This document shows, piece after piece, positions 18,843-28,406 of a stretch of 59,952 nt of DNA. The DNA lies in IMG/VR virus record IMGVR_UViG_3300020280_000003, positions 1 through 59,952 of that record. One strand, 5' to 3'. Position numbers and translations under genes: made by a program. How positions within the stretch are numbered: the first letter of the stretch is position 1; each line of letters opens with the position of its first letter. The stretch comes from a virus (lineage: Duplodnaviria; Caudoviricetes). The notes under the pieces are model-generated. The model saw nothing but the letters and a program-made list of their open reading frames with translations, was not told the origin of the DNA and did not search any database.

Positions 18843-20312
18843 TTAACTTGCTCTAAGGTTTACTCTTATAACCTCATACTTAAAGTTTTCGTCATTATAA
18901 ATGTTGACTCTTTCATTAAGATGTCTCAAGGTGTAATTCTGACCGCCAATGTCATCAGCGATATCATATAATGTTGCCATATCTTTGCCGCTTCCTTTTC
19001 TTAGGACACGTCCTATTGATTGGAGGTTACGGATACGTGACTTGCTAGGAGATGCAAAGATAATATTATGTAAGCGTTTGATGTTGATACCTGTAGAGAA
19101 GGTGCCATAAGAGGCAATAATCACAGCATTGTTTTCAGTCTCAGTAATTTGACGAACTGCTTCTCTATCTTCTACATCGGTGCCACCGTGAACGAAAAAT
19201 ATTTTTCGCTCTGGATCTATAGTATTATTTATTAGATCGTATAAAGGTTGTCCGTGCTTCTCAATGTAGTTGAACAGCACCAAGGTGTTGCCATCAATGT
19301 CATTGACAAGGTTTTTAATTAAATTATTTCTTCCCTTATGCTCAACCAAATACTCCATCTCATCATGATATGATTCAAAGTGTTGCGGAGCATGTTTACA
19401 AAGCAGGATTTTAATTCTAAACTTAGATAGATAACCTGACTTGATAAGATCATCGGTCTTAGTGACTTGCTCGCAATCACCGAACAATCCTTCTAGTACC
19501 CACTTGTGTGTCTTGCTTCCGTCAAGCGTTCCAGTAAAACCAAAACGATACTTGGCGTTATGAAGCTTTGTCATAATTCCAGTGAGTGACTTGGATTTAA
19601 ATAGGTGTGCTTCATCACCGATAACACAGTCAATATCATCAAAGTATCTTTTGGGGAACTTGTAGATGGATTGCCAAGTGGAAATAATGATTGGTTTATC
19701 AGTATTCTTATCTTTGCCCGAATATATCTTATGCACATGATCGTCAGCATTCCACCCGTAATCCTTAAAGTCATTGACCATCTGTTCTACGAGGGACGTA
19801 GTAGGGACGATGATGAGCGTCTTCTTGCTGGTAGCAGTATAGTATCTGACGAGGGAATAGATCATCAGAGACTTTCCACTACCCGTAGGCGAAAGTAAAA
19901 GTTTTCTGTTATATTTAATAGCTTCGTAAACTGCGCGGTATTGATATGCTCGCGGTTTAATTTCTGCTTTGGTAATTTTATCCATGAAAGTTTGGATACC
20001 TGCAGGAGATACAAAATCATTTGTATCTTTTACATCTCCATACCAATCATTCTTTTCATACTCAATAGTGTACTGACGTTCATCTGCCCACACTTGAAGG
20101 TGCTTCATCAGACCACCATAAAGTTCTCCTGTACCTGGCGAGTACAGACGAATGGTTCCATCCCAGTATTTGTATCTAGGATTTTTCTTTAAGAACTTTG
20201 CTTCTGGAACTTCAAAAGAAAAATAGTCCGAGAGTTCATGATGGACATGAGGTTCGGCAGATTGAATAGTTACGTAGACTTCGTTCTTTTTCTTTACAAT
20301 TAAATTAGACAT
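18843..20312 (-). CDS. uvsW: SF2 helicase UvsW
   Basis: SPTGSGKS, GDEAH, GFTGT, QSIGRVLR. Confidence 0.96.
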   Translation of the reverse strand: MSNLIVKKKNEVYVTIQSAEPHVHHELSDYFSFEVPEAKFLKKNPRYKYWDGTIRLYSPGTGELYGGLMKHLQVWADERQYTIEYEKNDWYGDVKDTNDFVSPAGIQTFMDKITKAEIKPRAYQYRAVYEAIKYNRKLLLSPTGSGKSLMIYSLVRYYTATSKKTLIIVPTTSLVEQMVNDFKDYGWNADDHVHKIYSGKDKNTDKPIIISTWQSIYKFPKRYFDDIDCVIGDEAHLFKSKSLTGIMTKLHNAKYRFGFTGTLDGSKTHKWVLEGLFGDCEQVTKTDDLIKSGYLSKFRIKILLCKHAPQHFESYHDEMEYLVEHKGRNNLIKNLVNDIDGNTLVLFNYIEKHGQPLYDLINNTIDPERKIFFVHGGTDVEDREAVRQITETENNAVIIASYGTFSTGINIKRLHNIIFASPSKSRIRNLQSIGRVLRKGSGKDMATLYDIADDIGGQNYTLRHLNERVNIYNDENFKYEVIRVNLRAS

Positions 20313-20847
20313 ATGGACTACCGCTAAACCAAGTTACCAATGATTTTCTAACTCCAGATTTTACTGGGTTAACTTTGTGCCAAGTATCAGAGGGAAAAAA
20401 TATAACTGTTCCCTTTGGTTCTTTAAATTTTACACTTCTTTCTTTTTCTAATGGTCCAAAAATTTCCAGTTCTAATTCTCCACCTTCATATTCTTCAGGA
20501 TCATTTAAAAATACCGTGAGACTTATTTTTCTAGTAGAGTTATCTACAGGTTTTCCTTGATCAATATGCCAATCATAATAATCATTTAAATTATATGTGG
20601 TATATTGAAGACCTTCTCCTCCCAAAATTTGAAGGTTCCATCCAGCATCAACATTTGCTTTAAAGCATAACATTGACAATAGTCCTACAACCTCTGGATC
20701 ATTGCTCCAAAATATTTTAGAACTTCTTATACCATCAAGAGAATTTGTAGTTGCAGATTCTAAATTGGTTGTATCTATGTTTTTATTTACTATTGCAAAA
20801 TCTTCTTCATTGAGAATATATTTTACAAGAGGATTCACAAATTTCAT
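20305..20847 (-). CDS. 2OG-Fe(II) oxygenase (prolyl-hydroxylase/PKHD type)
   Basis: YDWHID...RKISLTVFLNDPEEYEGGELE...FFPS..WHKVNPVKSGVRKSLVTW; likely start at 20847, coupled to the uvsY stop. Confidence 0.88.
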   Translation of the reverse strand: MKFVNPLVKYILNEEDFAIVNKNIDTTNLESATTNSLDGIRSSKIFWSNDPEVVGLLSMLCFKANVDAGWNLQILGGEGLQYTTYNLNDYYDWHIDQGKPVDNSTRKISLTVFLNDPEEYEGGELELEIFGPLEKERSVKFKEPKGTVIFFPSDTWHKVNPVKSGVRKSLVTWFSGSPYV

Positions 20848-21320
20848 TACTGTCCATTTACAAATTTCTCCCACTCAATGGCACTCTTAATCTGAAACCC
20901 TCGGTTGGAAATTTGCTTCATGACCTGATCCAACCAGTAAAGCATCTGGTCTAGATATTTGATCTTAGCTTCTAGGTTGATGATTTCCTCATCAGACTCT
21001 AGATAAACTTTCATTTTTTCAGAAGTCTTAATAGATGATCCAAATGGTTTAGCGGCGTATGTCTTAGCGTCTGCTTCGCCAGAGTAATACTCGCGCTTAT
21101 CTCTAACCACTTTGCGGATCTCAAATTCCAGCGAAGTTTTGATCTGCTGAATGTCAGTGTAATGGTTTAAGTATTTATTATGCTGAAAAGGGATGTCTAG
21201 AGCAAGTTGTCCCAGATCTGTGGTATACTGTTTATTCTTGAATTGAAAATCAACTGCAGAATCTTCTGCCCAATCTTCTCTTAGTTTTTCAAATTTATTA
21301 CGAAGGGTTTCAAAGTTCAT
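20847..21320 (-). CDS. uvsY: Recombination mediator UvsY
   Basis: HNKYL...REYYSGEA...NRGFQIKSAIEWEKF; position between gp3 and uvsW. Confidence 0.9.
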   Translation of the reverse strand: MNFETLRNKFEKLREDWAEDSAVDFQFKNKQYTTDLGQLALDIPFQHNKYLNHYTDIQQIKTSLEFEIRKVVRDKREYYSGEADAKTYAAKPFGSSIKTSEKMKVYLESDEEIINLEAKIKYLDQMLYWLDQVMKQISNRGFQIKSAIEWEKFVNGQ

Positions 21321-21829
21321 AAAGGTCGTAGATTTTCATCACAAATTTTATAAGTCTCGTATTTAAATGCTACGTCAGCAAGTAGATACTCCACATCACC
21401 TACTGTAGCATCAAAGGGAATACCAGACAAGGAAACAGGAAATATATTTTTGAATTCAACAATGTGATTTACATTGTTATGAGATGTAAGGATGTGTAAT
21501 CTTGCATCAGAGTATTCATCTGGACCATCAGACCTTCCGTTTGCTAATCCAAATTTCGTAATCCAATCATGAATTGAACGGTAGTTAATTAATTCTTCAT
21601 CAATAATAAACCGAACGTTTAAATCTCCATACGTTACTCCACCACTTGGTGTAATAGCAACACCTCTGTATGGCGTTGGCACTTCAACAAATGGCATTGA
21701 AATATCTGGAATGCCTGCAGTTTGGCAAAAGAAATCTACCCCACGGAAGATCTCAAGATCTAACTTGAAACCAACGGGGGATAGAAAATTGCGATTGACA
21801 ATTTGTTCTTTATACCATTCAGCAGGCAT
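21317..21829 (-). CDS. gp3: Tail tube terminator/completion protein
   Basis: NRNFLSPVGFK, FFCQTAGIP, FIIDEELINY, FPVSLS. Confidence 0.85.
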   Translation of the reverse strand: MPAEWYKEQIVNRNFLSPVGFKLDLEIFRGVDFFCQTAGIPDISMPFVEVPTPYRGVAITPSGGVTYGDLNVRFIIDEELINYRSIHDWITKFGLANGRSDGPDEYSDARLHILTSHNNVNHIVEFKNIFPVSLSGIPFDATVGDVEYLLADVAFKYETYKICDENLRPL

Positions 21830-21854
21830 GTCAACTTCCCAAGCTACTTAGTAT

Positions 21855-22001
21855 TTATGGGTTCTCTGGATCAATGCCTAGATCTTTTAAGTAATCAATC
21901 CACCACTGCGGATCTTTTTGTCTTTTCCAATTAGGAACCGAGAGACCTAGTTCAGAGTAATGTTCTTCCAGAGCTTCATCTATAATCTGTGCGATCTCCA
22001 T
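21855..22001 (-). CDS. Small hypothetical protein (48 aa)
   Basis: MEIAQIIDEALEEHYSELG...WWIDYLKDLGID; likely start at 22001. Confidence 0.65.
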   Translation of the reverse strand: MEIAQIIDEALEEHYSELGLSVPNWKRQKDPQWWIDYLKDLGIDPENP

Positions 22002-22188
22002 ACTCCTCTTCTTCTTCATCAACGTCCGCATACGCATTCTCCACAAAGGGTCCTCGTTTTCGTAGAGGTTCTCGTTTGACATAATCCTGCTCAGCATTAA
22101 CAGCTTCAACCCATACTGCAAGTTTCAATACTATGTAGATAATAACCAGTGGAAGAAAACATGCAATTAAAGTGATCTGATATTTCAT
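21976..22188 (-). CDS. Hypothetical membrane protein
   Basis: N-terminal hydrophobic helix with an acidic tail. Confidence 0.7.
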   Translation of the reverse strand: MKYQITLIACFLPLVIIYIVLKLAVWVEAVNAEQDYVKREPLRKRGPFVENAYADVDEEEEEYGDRTDYR

Positions 22189-22352
22189 TCGTCATCATCC
22201 TGATCGTAAGTTAATCTGCAATCCCAGCAATGGTCCTCTTCCCATTCTGGTTCATACAGAGGACAGGGTTCTTCAAAGAGGTGACCCATCCTCAATTGTT
22301 TAATTCTTTCCCGTAGACCTTTGTAAAACTCTCTCTTATCGTCTGGGTTCAT
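22185..22352 (-). CDS. Small hypothetical protein (55 aa)
   Basis: Hand translation MNPDDKREFYKGLRERIKQLRMGHLFEEPCPLYEPEWEEDHCWDCRLTYDQDDDE; start/stop coupled on both sides. Confidence 0.72.
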   Translation of the reverse strand: MNPDDKREFYKGLRERIKQLRMGHLFEEPCPLYEPEWEEDHCWDCRLTYDQDDDE

Positions 22353-22528
22353 TAACAGCTATACTCGTCTATGATGTTTAAAACTTGATTCAGTTGGTAG
22401 TGTGCTCCCTCCATCCATTCATTACTGGCACCATTGTACCTACCTTCATGTAATTCATTCTTTAGTTTAAGTACTCTTGCTTGAATGTCAATCTTTAGCA
22501 GTCTCCCACGTCCCATATATTCATTCAT
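22352..22528 (-). CDS. Small hypothetical protein (58 aa)
   Basis: Hand translation MNEYMGRGRLLKIDIQARVLKLKNELHEG...LNIIDEYSC; follows a TTAAATA late-type promoter. Confidence 0.7.
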   Translation of the reverse strand: MNEYMGRGRLLKIDIQARVLKLKNELHEGRYNGASNEWMEGAHYQLNQVLNIIDEYSC

Positions 22529-22545
22529 AACTAATACTATTTAAT

Positions 22546-22570
22546 AAAAAAGGGGACCTTTCGGTCCCCT
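22546..22570 (-). terminator. Rho-independent terminator after gp23
   Basis: AGGGGACC-GAAA-GGTCCCCT followed by a T-run. Confidence 0.9.
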
Positions 22571-22591
22571 GTGTTGATATCGTGATACAAA

Positions 22592-23977
22592 TCACATGAG
22601 GTTTTCAACCTTAACACGACGATAGTACTGGTTGCGTGAAGCGGTGAGTGCTTCAGCATCAGGATCGCCATTTGCCTTACGGACGAATGGGTTCGCGACC
22701 ATGCCGTAGCGGGTCTTGAATCCAATTTTTGGTTGGAAGGTATCAGGACCGATTGAGCGGACCATCTGGAGGGGTACGTATGGGCAGTAGAAGAGACCTG
22801 CGTCATATGCAGAGGAACCCTTATAACCAACTACGTAGTAGTGGGAGTCAGAGACGTTAGCGGAGTAAGGATCAACGAAGACCTTAATACGACCGTTAAT
22901 AGTACCAACTAGGAGGTTACCAGTGTCATCAACTTCACCGATGGAAGGACCACCAGCACCAGTTAGACCAGAGGTGTAGTCAAGAGTACCAGACATCGCG
23001 AGAGCAGAAGCAACATCAGCAGAAGTGATGATGAAGTTGCCCTTTCCTCTACGAGTTTCCTGTGCGATTGCGTTAGCGTCACGCTCAATCTGGAACATAA
23101 GTCCCTTGAATTTTTCAACTGACCATCTGCCGTTGGAGTCAACGTCAAGGTCAAAGCGACCAGCGTTAGCAGTGTTGTTCTGAGCACCAGGCTTAGCGAT
23201 GGTGTATACAGTACGAACAACTTCACGGTTGATCTCAGCAAGGATCTCGCTAGACAGAATGTTAGCAAGTTCCTGCTCAGCATCAAGACCATGAATTGCC
23301 TTGAGGTCTTGTGCTAGTTCTAGAGTGTATTCTGCTTTGAGAGCTCTGGACTGTGCGGTGACAGCAGTTTTCTCAATGCTGAATGACATCTCGCGGAATA
23401 GTTTTCCGCTTTCTCCTAGTGCCTCAGCGTCTTCACGTGCCATTGGCTTAACGCCACGGTCGTAAGTACCAGAATCGTTGAGGAGACCAGGGTTGCTGCC
23501 TGCAACTGGATTAGCAGTATCGTATGCATTTGCGGTTGCATCAAATCCTGCAGAGAAGTCGCTGTCAGGCTCGTTGTATAGTGCTTCAGCACCGTCACGA
23601 CCTTCGTAGTGAGACTTCATTGCGAAGATTAGTCCAGTAGGACCAGACATTGGTTGAACGCCACAGATGTCGTATGCAACCAAGTTAGGCATTGCACGAC
23701 GGATGAGGCTGATCATTACAGGGTCAAATCCAGCAAGACCACCAGTCTGGGTGGTTAGACCTGAACCTGAAAGAGCGTTACCACCGATAGCGCCAGCAAG
23801 GTTACCTGCTGCACCACCTGCTTCGTTGATCATGCCACGCTCTTCGCGCATGAATCTTTCTTGGTTTTCTAACAGAACTGCGGTAACTGCCTTTCTATAG
23901 TTGTCTTTGATAGCGCCTGCGCTTTCATGACCTAGAACAGGTGACCACTTTTCTGTTAGAGCTTCTGCGTTAAACAT
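22592..23977 (-). CDS. gp23: Major capsid protein
   Basis: LLENQE, CGVQPMSGPTGLIFAM, KAEYTLELAQDLKAIHGLDAE, FQPKIGFKTRYG. Confidence 0.99.
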   Translation of the reverse strand: MFNAEALTEKWSPVLGHESAGAIKDNYRKAVTAVLLENQERFMREERGMINEAGGAAGNLAGAIGGNALSGSGLTTQTGGLAGFDPVMISLIRRAMPNLVAYDICGVQPMSGPTGLIFAMKSHYEGRDGAEALYNEPDSDFSAGFDATANAYDTANPVAGSNPGLLNDSGTYDRGVKPMAREDAEALGESGKLFREMSFSIEKTAVTAQSRALKAEYTLELAQDLKAIHGLDAEQELANILSSEILAEINREVVRTVYTIAKPGAQNNTANAGRFDLDVDSNGRWSVEKFKGLMFQIERDANAIAQETRRGKGNFIITSADVASALAMSGTLDYTSGLTGAGGPSIGEVDDTGNLLVGTINGRIKVFVDPYSANVSDSHYYVVGYKGSSAYDAGLFYCPYVPLQMVRSIGPDTFQPKIGFKTRYGMVANPFVRKANGDPDAEALTASRNQYYRRVKVENLM

Positions 23978-24015
23978 TTTTTGCTCCGTTTAAGAAAATA
24001 GGTTGGTTATAATAA

Positions 24016-25170
24016 TCACTTCCAGCGATTGAGAGCGTTAAGGTATTGTGCCATTGCTGGTGATACCTCTTCTCCTTCAACTGGAGTTTCATCTGCAACT
24101 TCTGCTGCGGGAGTAGCAACTGATTCTTTGAAGTATGACTCTTTGATAGTCTTGACTTTCTTAGAGAAGTCTTCTTCAGTTACAAACTCAAGACCCTCAG
24201 CTAGTGCTGCGAGTTTTTCTTTCTGAGTATCTGCTAGTCCTTCTGACACAGTGGACAGAATGTTGAGTTTGGCAGACTCATTAAGACGATTTTGTAGTTT
24301 CACATTTGCCTTGACCTGTTCGTCTAGGCGCTCTTCCATTTCACGAATAGATTCAGCCATACCCTCTACCACGTCAACCTTGTCGTCGGGGATAGAGATG
24401 TAGTGCTCTTCAAAGAGACCTTTGAGACCTGCGATGAAGTCTGATGTGATCTCATTTCTGATGCCACGATCAACAGCTACTTGATTTTCTTCTAGCCATT
24501 GAGTGACTGCGTAGTTTACAGTTCCGTTAACTTCCTCAGAGAGTTCTGCCTTAGCGGACTCAAGTTGCTTCTCTAGTTCGTTACCGAAATGCTCTACAAG
24601 CTTGTCATATTCCTCAGAGATCTTTGCTTTGACTGCTGCCTCAAAGATGGTCTTTGCTTTCTCTGCAAACTCTTCGGAGAGTTCAGTACCTTCTACGAGG
24701 GCACTGATGTCGGAGGACATGTCCAGCTCTTCAAATGCTGGTTTGATAGGATAAGATACGTTTGGACCTTTCTTAGTTCCATAAGCAACTTCCGCGCCAA
24801 CGGAAGGTGTAGGATCACTGCCAGGTGCGCCAGAAGTTGAGGTTTCGCTGCTGTCTTGTGAGACAGGTGCTGCTGCTTTAGCGCCAGGATTCTCTTCGCC
24901 CTCTTCCTTATTGGAGTGTAGGGGTTCAGACTGGGAACCACCAAGATCAGTTTCCGACTGATTAGGTGCTACCGATGTAGGAACAGTTGGCATTGGATCT
25001 TGTCCGCTACCACGCTGTTGTGGATCACCCGAAACTGCTGCGGGATCTGAGCCTGTACCAGGAATTACTGAAGCAGTTACACGAGGCATGGGATCCTGTG
25101 CTCCCGCTTCCATAACGACTTGCTGCTCGCTCAGAAACTCCTCAAACTTTTCGTTTAACATGTCTGACAT
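24016..25170 (-). CDS. gp22: Prohead core scaffolding protein
   Basis: KAKTIFEAAV, LKGLFEEHYI; acidic coiled coil; lies between gp21 and gp23. Confidence 0.92.
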   Translation of the reverse strand: MSDMLNEKFEEFLSEQQVVMEAGAQDPMPRVTASVIPGTGSDPAAVSGDPQQRGSGQDPMPTVPTSVAPNQSETDLGGSQSEPLHSNKEEGEENPGAKAAAPVSQDSSETSTSGAPGSDPTPSVGAEVAYGTKKGPNVSYPIKPAFEELDMSSDISALVEGTELSEEFAEKAKTIFEAAVKAKISEEYDKLVEHFGNELEKQLESAKAELSEEVNGTVNYAVTQWLEENQVAVDRGIRNEITSDFIAGLKGLFEEHYISIPDDKVDVVEGMAESIREMEERLDEQVKANVKLQNRLNESAKLNILSTVSEGLADTQKEKLAALAEGLEFVTEEDFSKKVKTIKESYFKESVATPAAEVADETPVEGEEVSPAMAQYLNALNRWK

Positions 25171-25219
25171 TTTGAGTCCTTCCGTAAATCTTATGATTAT
25201 CTATTGTTTATTTATTAAA

Positions 25220-25864
25220 TTACAAACCTGCGAGGAAGTTTTTGAACACTTCAAGCGTTCTCTCCTCTAGGTTTTGGCGAGTAGACTCGCTCATGTAACG
25301 TTGATATTTAGCAACCTTGGACTCCTTAAGGATTCCGTTATCCCAAACCCACTCTTTGCCTTCCATGATGCCGTTGACGAAAGCGTCTGGCGCAGAAGGG
25401 TCTGCTACGATGTCAGCTGCGGTTGCTAGCATGAAGTCATCCATGACATACGATGTATCTTCTCGTTTGTCAATGCTTCCCATTCCGCGTGAGGATACAC
25501 CAAGTTGTACGCCTTCACCTAGGAGAGACTTTGCAATCTTTCCCATGGGGGTGTCTAGGATTTGGGCTTTGCCCATAAAGTTATTACCTTCTGCTCTAAG
25601 CTCGGTAATTCTGTGGGAAACTCTATCAAGGTTGACAGTAGGACCATCAGGGTGACCCAACTCGCCAAGAGCACGCTTAGTTTTAACATACTCTTCGTTG
25701 TAACGTCCAACCTCACGCTCCAAAACTTGGAAAGGATATACACGACCGTTTCTATTCTTCAGTTCGGACTGAAGAAAGACACCTTCAATGTACAGTTTTT
25801 TATCAGCACCAGTTCCCTCGGTGATGACTTGTACATCTTCAATCTGTTCCGTTATCAGTTTCAT
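25220..25864 (-). CDS. gp21: Prohead protease
   Basis: NRNGRVY, GELGHP, GVSSRGMGS, DIVADPSAPDAFV. Confidence 0.97.
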   Translation of the reverse strand: MKLITEQIEDVQVITEGTGADKKLYIEGVFLQSELKNRNGRVYPFQVLEREVGRYNEEYVKTKRALGELGHPDGPTVNLDRVSHRITELRAEGNNFMGKAQILDTPMGKIAKSLLGEGVQLGVSSRGMGSIDKREDTSYVMDDFMLATAADIVADPSAPDAFVNGIMEGKEWVWDNGILKESKVAKYQRYMSESTRQNLEERTLEVFKNFLAGL

Positions 25865-26060
25865 TAGTTTCCGTCTCTACTGGTTCATCAAAGTAGGTCT
25901 TGGCAACACTCTGTTTGTAAGTAGACAAAGTTTCAGATGCTTTTGCATATAGCAAATCTTGGATAGCATCAATTGCTTTTGACCTATCGTTGTCTGCAAT
26001 AGCAGATACGATGTTCACTACTTCCGCCTCAGGGTTTGCCTGATCCATATTATTTTCCAT
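25839..26060 (-). CDS. Small prohead core-like protein (gp67/68 position)
   Basis: 73-aa acidic ORF between portal and protease, behind a CTAAATA late promoter. Confidence 0.65.
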   Translation of the reverse strand: MENNMDQANPEAEVVNIVSAIADNDRSKAIDAIQDLLYAKASETLSTYKQSVAKTYFDEPVETETNETDNGTD

Positions 26061-26069
26061 GATTATTCT

Positions 26070-27773
26070 TTATTTAGTATTAGTAGAAGGTTTGGGTTGC
26101 GCTTTCGCCATTTGCAATTGTTTTTGATGCGCGTCATCTGCTTTTTCTTGTTCTCTTTCGTGAGAGTCATCAGCTTGTTGCGCTTGAATTTCTGGAGCAA
26201 ATGCCTGGTTCTGACGATCCATCATGTCAAACGTATTGACATCTGCTGGATTCATTGCTAAACCAGAATCAATCTCTCCATCCATTTGCTTCTGGATTTC
26301 CTTATATTCTTTTTCGTTCTGTTGTAGAACTTGCTTACGAATATATTCAATGGAGAAATACTTACCAACAAATGGATCCATTTGAGTTGCAAGGTTAATA
26401 CGTTGCATCATCAACTCTTGTTCTTTCAACTCATTGAAGTGGTTATCAAACAAGAAGTCATATTGAATATGTTCCTTCATGTCATCCCAATCTTCAGGAG
26501 AGATTACTCCTTTGAGAATGAGTTGAGTTTTAAGAATGTCGTGGAAGAGTTCTCCAAAACGCTTACGGAGACGACCGATGAACTTTGTGAACTTAAGTTC
26601 GTCACGGAGGACTTCAGTTGTCTTACCAAGATTGAATCCTTTATTGTCGTCTGTGAGACGGGAAGGAGGAAGATTGAGAGAATTGTAGAGTTTCTTTTTA
26701 AAGTACTCCACATCCTTGAGTTCGCCAAGGTTCTGTCCGCCAGGTAGGGTAGTGATCTCAGTTCCGCGACCACCCTCTCTACGAGGCAACCAAAAATCTT
26801 CTAGCATACTCATATGTTTTTTGTCATCACGGATCTCACCAGTGCTGGCATCGTAAACAAGCTTGTTACGATAACGTGCCATCACGTCACGGAGATATTG
26901 TTCCGCTTTGACTTTAGGTAGATTGCCAACGTCAATGTAGAAAATTCTACGTTCAGGTGCGCGTGACAATCTGTAAATAACCAGAGCATCCTCAATCATT
27001 CTTAGTTGATTGAGTGACTTGATTCCTTTGTGTAGGAAACTCAAGTGCATTCTCTTGTTAAGATCTTGTAGTCCTGAGGAACAGAATGCAATAGAATCTG
27101 CAGCAATCTTAATTCCTTGGGAGTTAGACATATCACCAACAGGACCAAGAGCGCCGCCTCTTAGATATCCTTTTGGATTGTACAAGAAATAATCAATATA
27201 ATTACCCCACTCGTACTCAAGGGCAGTACCTTTGATTGCTCTATTGATTCTCGGATCTTGAGAATCTTTACCAAGTTTTTGTCTTACTTTACGAATCTTG
27301 AGTGGGTCAATGTAGCGTAACTCAAGGATCCCTTTCTTTGGATTGTCAAGATCAATTACCTTGTGGTAATATAACTTGCCATCAATATACCAACTACGAA
27401 TAATTTCATGGGCGCGGTTGTCAAAATTCAGCATCTGTTTGATCTTGTCAAACTCGTCGCGAATTTTTCTCTTGACTCCCGCTCCAACTTCTAAGTTGTT
27501 AAGGTCAACCTCAACACAACTGTCATTAGCATCGCTAACAACAAATTCATTCACAATTTCATCTACAGCAGAGTCCACTTCTGGGTGTAGAGACATGTCT
27601 CTATACCTACGAATGAGTTCAAACTCATTCCTTGCAGTGGCATCTGTGTCCACATATGTTCCAAAATAACCGCCTGCTGCTATAGAGACTGGCTCGTCAG
27701 CAGAAGGAGGGACAGGGGACTGACCCTTCTGACCCTCCTTACGATTAATTTGAAAGCCAAATAACTGACTCAT
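26070..27773 (-). CDS. gp20: Portal protein
   Basis: YRLSRAPERRIFYIDVGNLPK, EDFWLPRREGGRGTEITTLPGGQNLG. Confidence 0.98.
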   Translation of the reverse strand: MSQLFGFQINRKEGQKGQSPVPPSADEPVSIAAGGYFGTYVDTDATARNEFELIRRYRDMSLHPEVDSAVDEIVNEFVVSDANDSCVEVDLNNLEVGAGVKRKIRDEFDKIKQMLNFDNRAHEIIRSWYIDGKLYYHKVIDLDNPKKGILELRYIDPLKIRKVRQKLGKDSQDPRINRAIKGTALEYEWGNYIDYFLYNPKGYLRGGALGPVGDMSNSQGIKIAADSIAFCSSGLQDLNKRMHLSFLHKGIKSLNQLRMIEDALVIYRLSRAPERRIFYIDVGNLPKVKAEQYLRDVMARYRNKLVYDASTGEIRDDKKHMSMLEDFWLPRREGGRGTEITTLPGGQNLGELKDVEYFKKKLYNSLNLPPSRLTDDNKGFNLGKTTEVLRDELKFTKFIGRLRKRFGELFHDILKTQLILKGVISPEDWDDMKEHIQYDFLFDNHFNELKEQELMMQRINLATQMDPFVGKYFSIEYIRKQVLQQNEKEYKEIQKQMDGEIDSGLAMNPADVNTFDMMDRQNQAFAPEIQAQQADDSHEREQEKADDAHQKQLQMAKAQPKPSTNTK

Positions 27774-27804
27774 GATAACTATTGAACTGTACGCCTCCTA
27801 TTAT

Positions 27805-28368
27805 TTAGGGGACCACAATTCCTGCTTCTCCACCTGATTCTACAGTCCAGTATGAATACTGGAATTCAACTGAGAATTCTTCAATCTGATCATTGCTATC
27901 ATAAGCAAGATCAATTGCTGAAGAACTGGTTGGGAATGCATACCAGAGCTTGTAAGTTCTTAGAACTTTACCTTCGGACTTTTCATCCTTCTCTAATTGA
28001 TGAACGAAAAGATGCTTACCATAAACGGTAGGATCAATAATTTCATTTACATTTGATTCATGACTATTAATCTGACGCATCCAATCTTCAAAGAATGCGC
28101 GAATCTTCATGTCTTCATCATTGATAAATGTAGCACTCCAGTTATCAAAAGTGCGATCTCCAGCAATTTTAACTGTACGACCACGGAAGGGTACTTCAAT
28201 TACACCAACATTAGATGCAGGGAGAGCAGCAGACTTGCACATAAATGATGCAAGATCTTGCCTTCCTTGATCATCTCCAGGGAAAGCAATATCTACCCTG
28301 AACATGTTGGGTCTTACACCCTGTTTGACTTTACTTAAAAACCCAGAGACTGAATTAGTTACTGCCAT
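27805..28368 (-). CDS. gp19: Tail tube protein
   Basis: RPNMFRV, PFRGRTVKIAGDRTF, IEEFSVEFQY. Confidence 0.95.
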   Translation of the reverse strand: MAVTNSVSGFLSKVKQGVRPNMFRVDIAFPGDDQGRQDLASFMCKSAALPASNVGVIEVPFRGRTVKIAGDRTFDNWSATFINDEDMKIRAFFEDWMRQINSHESNVNEIIDPTVYGKHLFVHQLEKDEKSEGKVLRTYKLWYAFPTSSSAIDLAYDSNDQIEEFSVEFQYSYWTVESGGEAGIVVP

Positions 28369-28406
28369 TGTTCTTAGTTACTCCTTACTGTTGTATTTAA
28401 TAGAAA

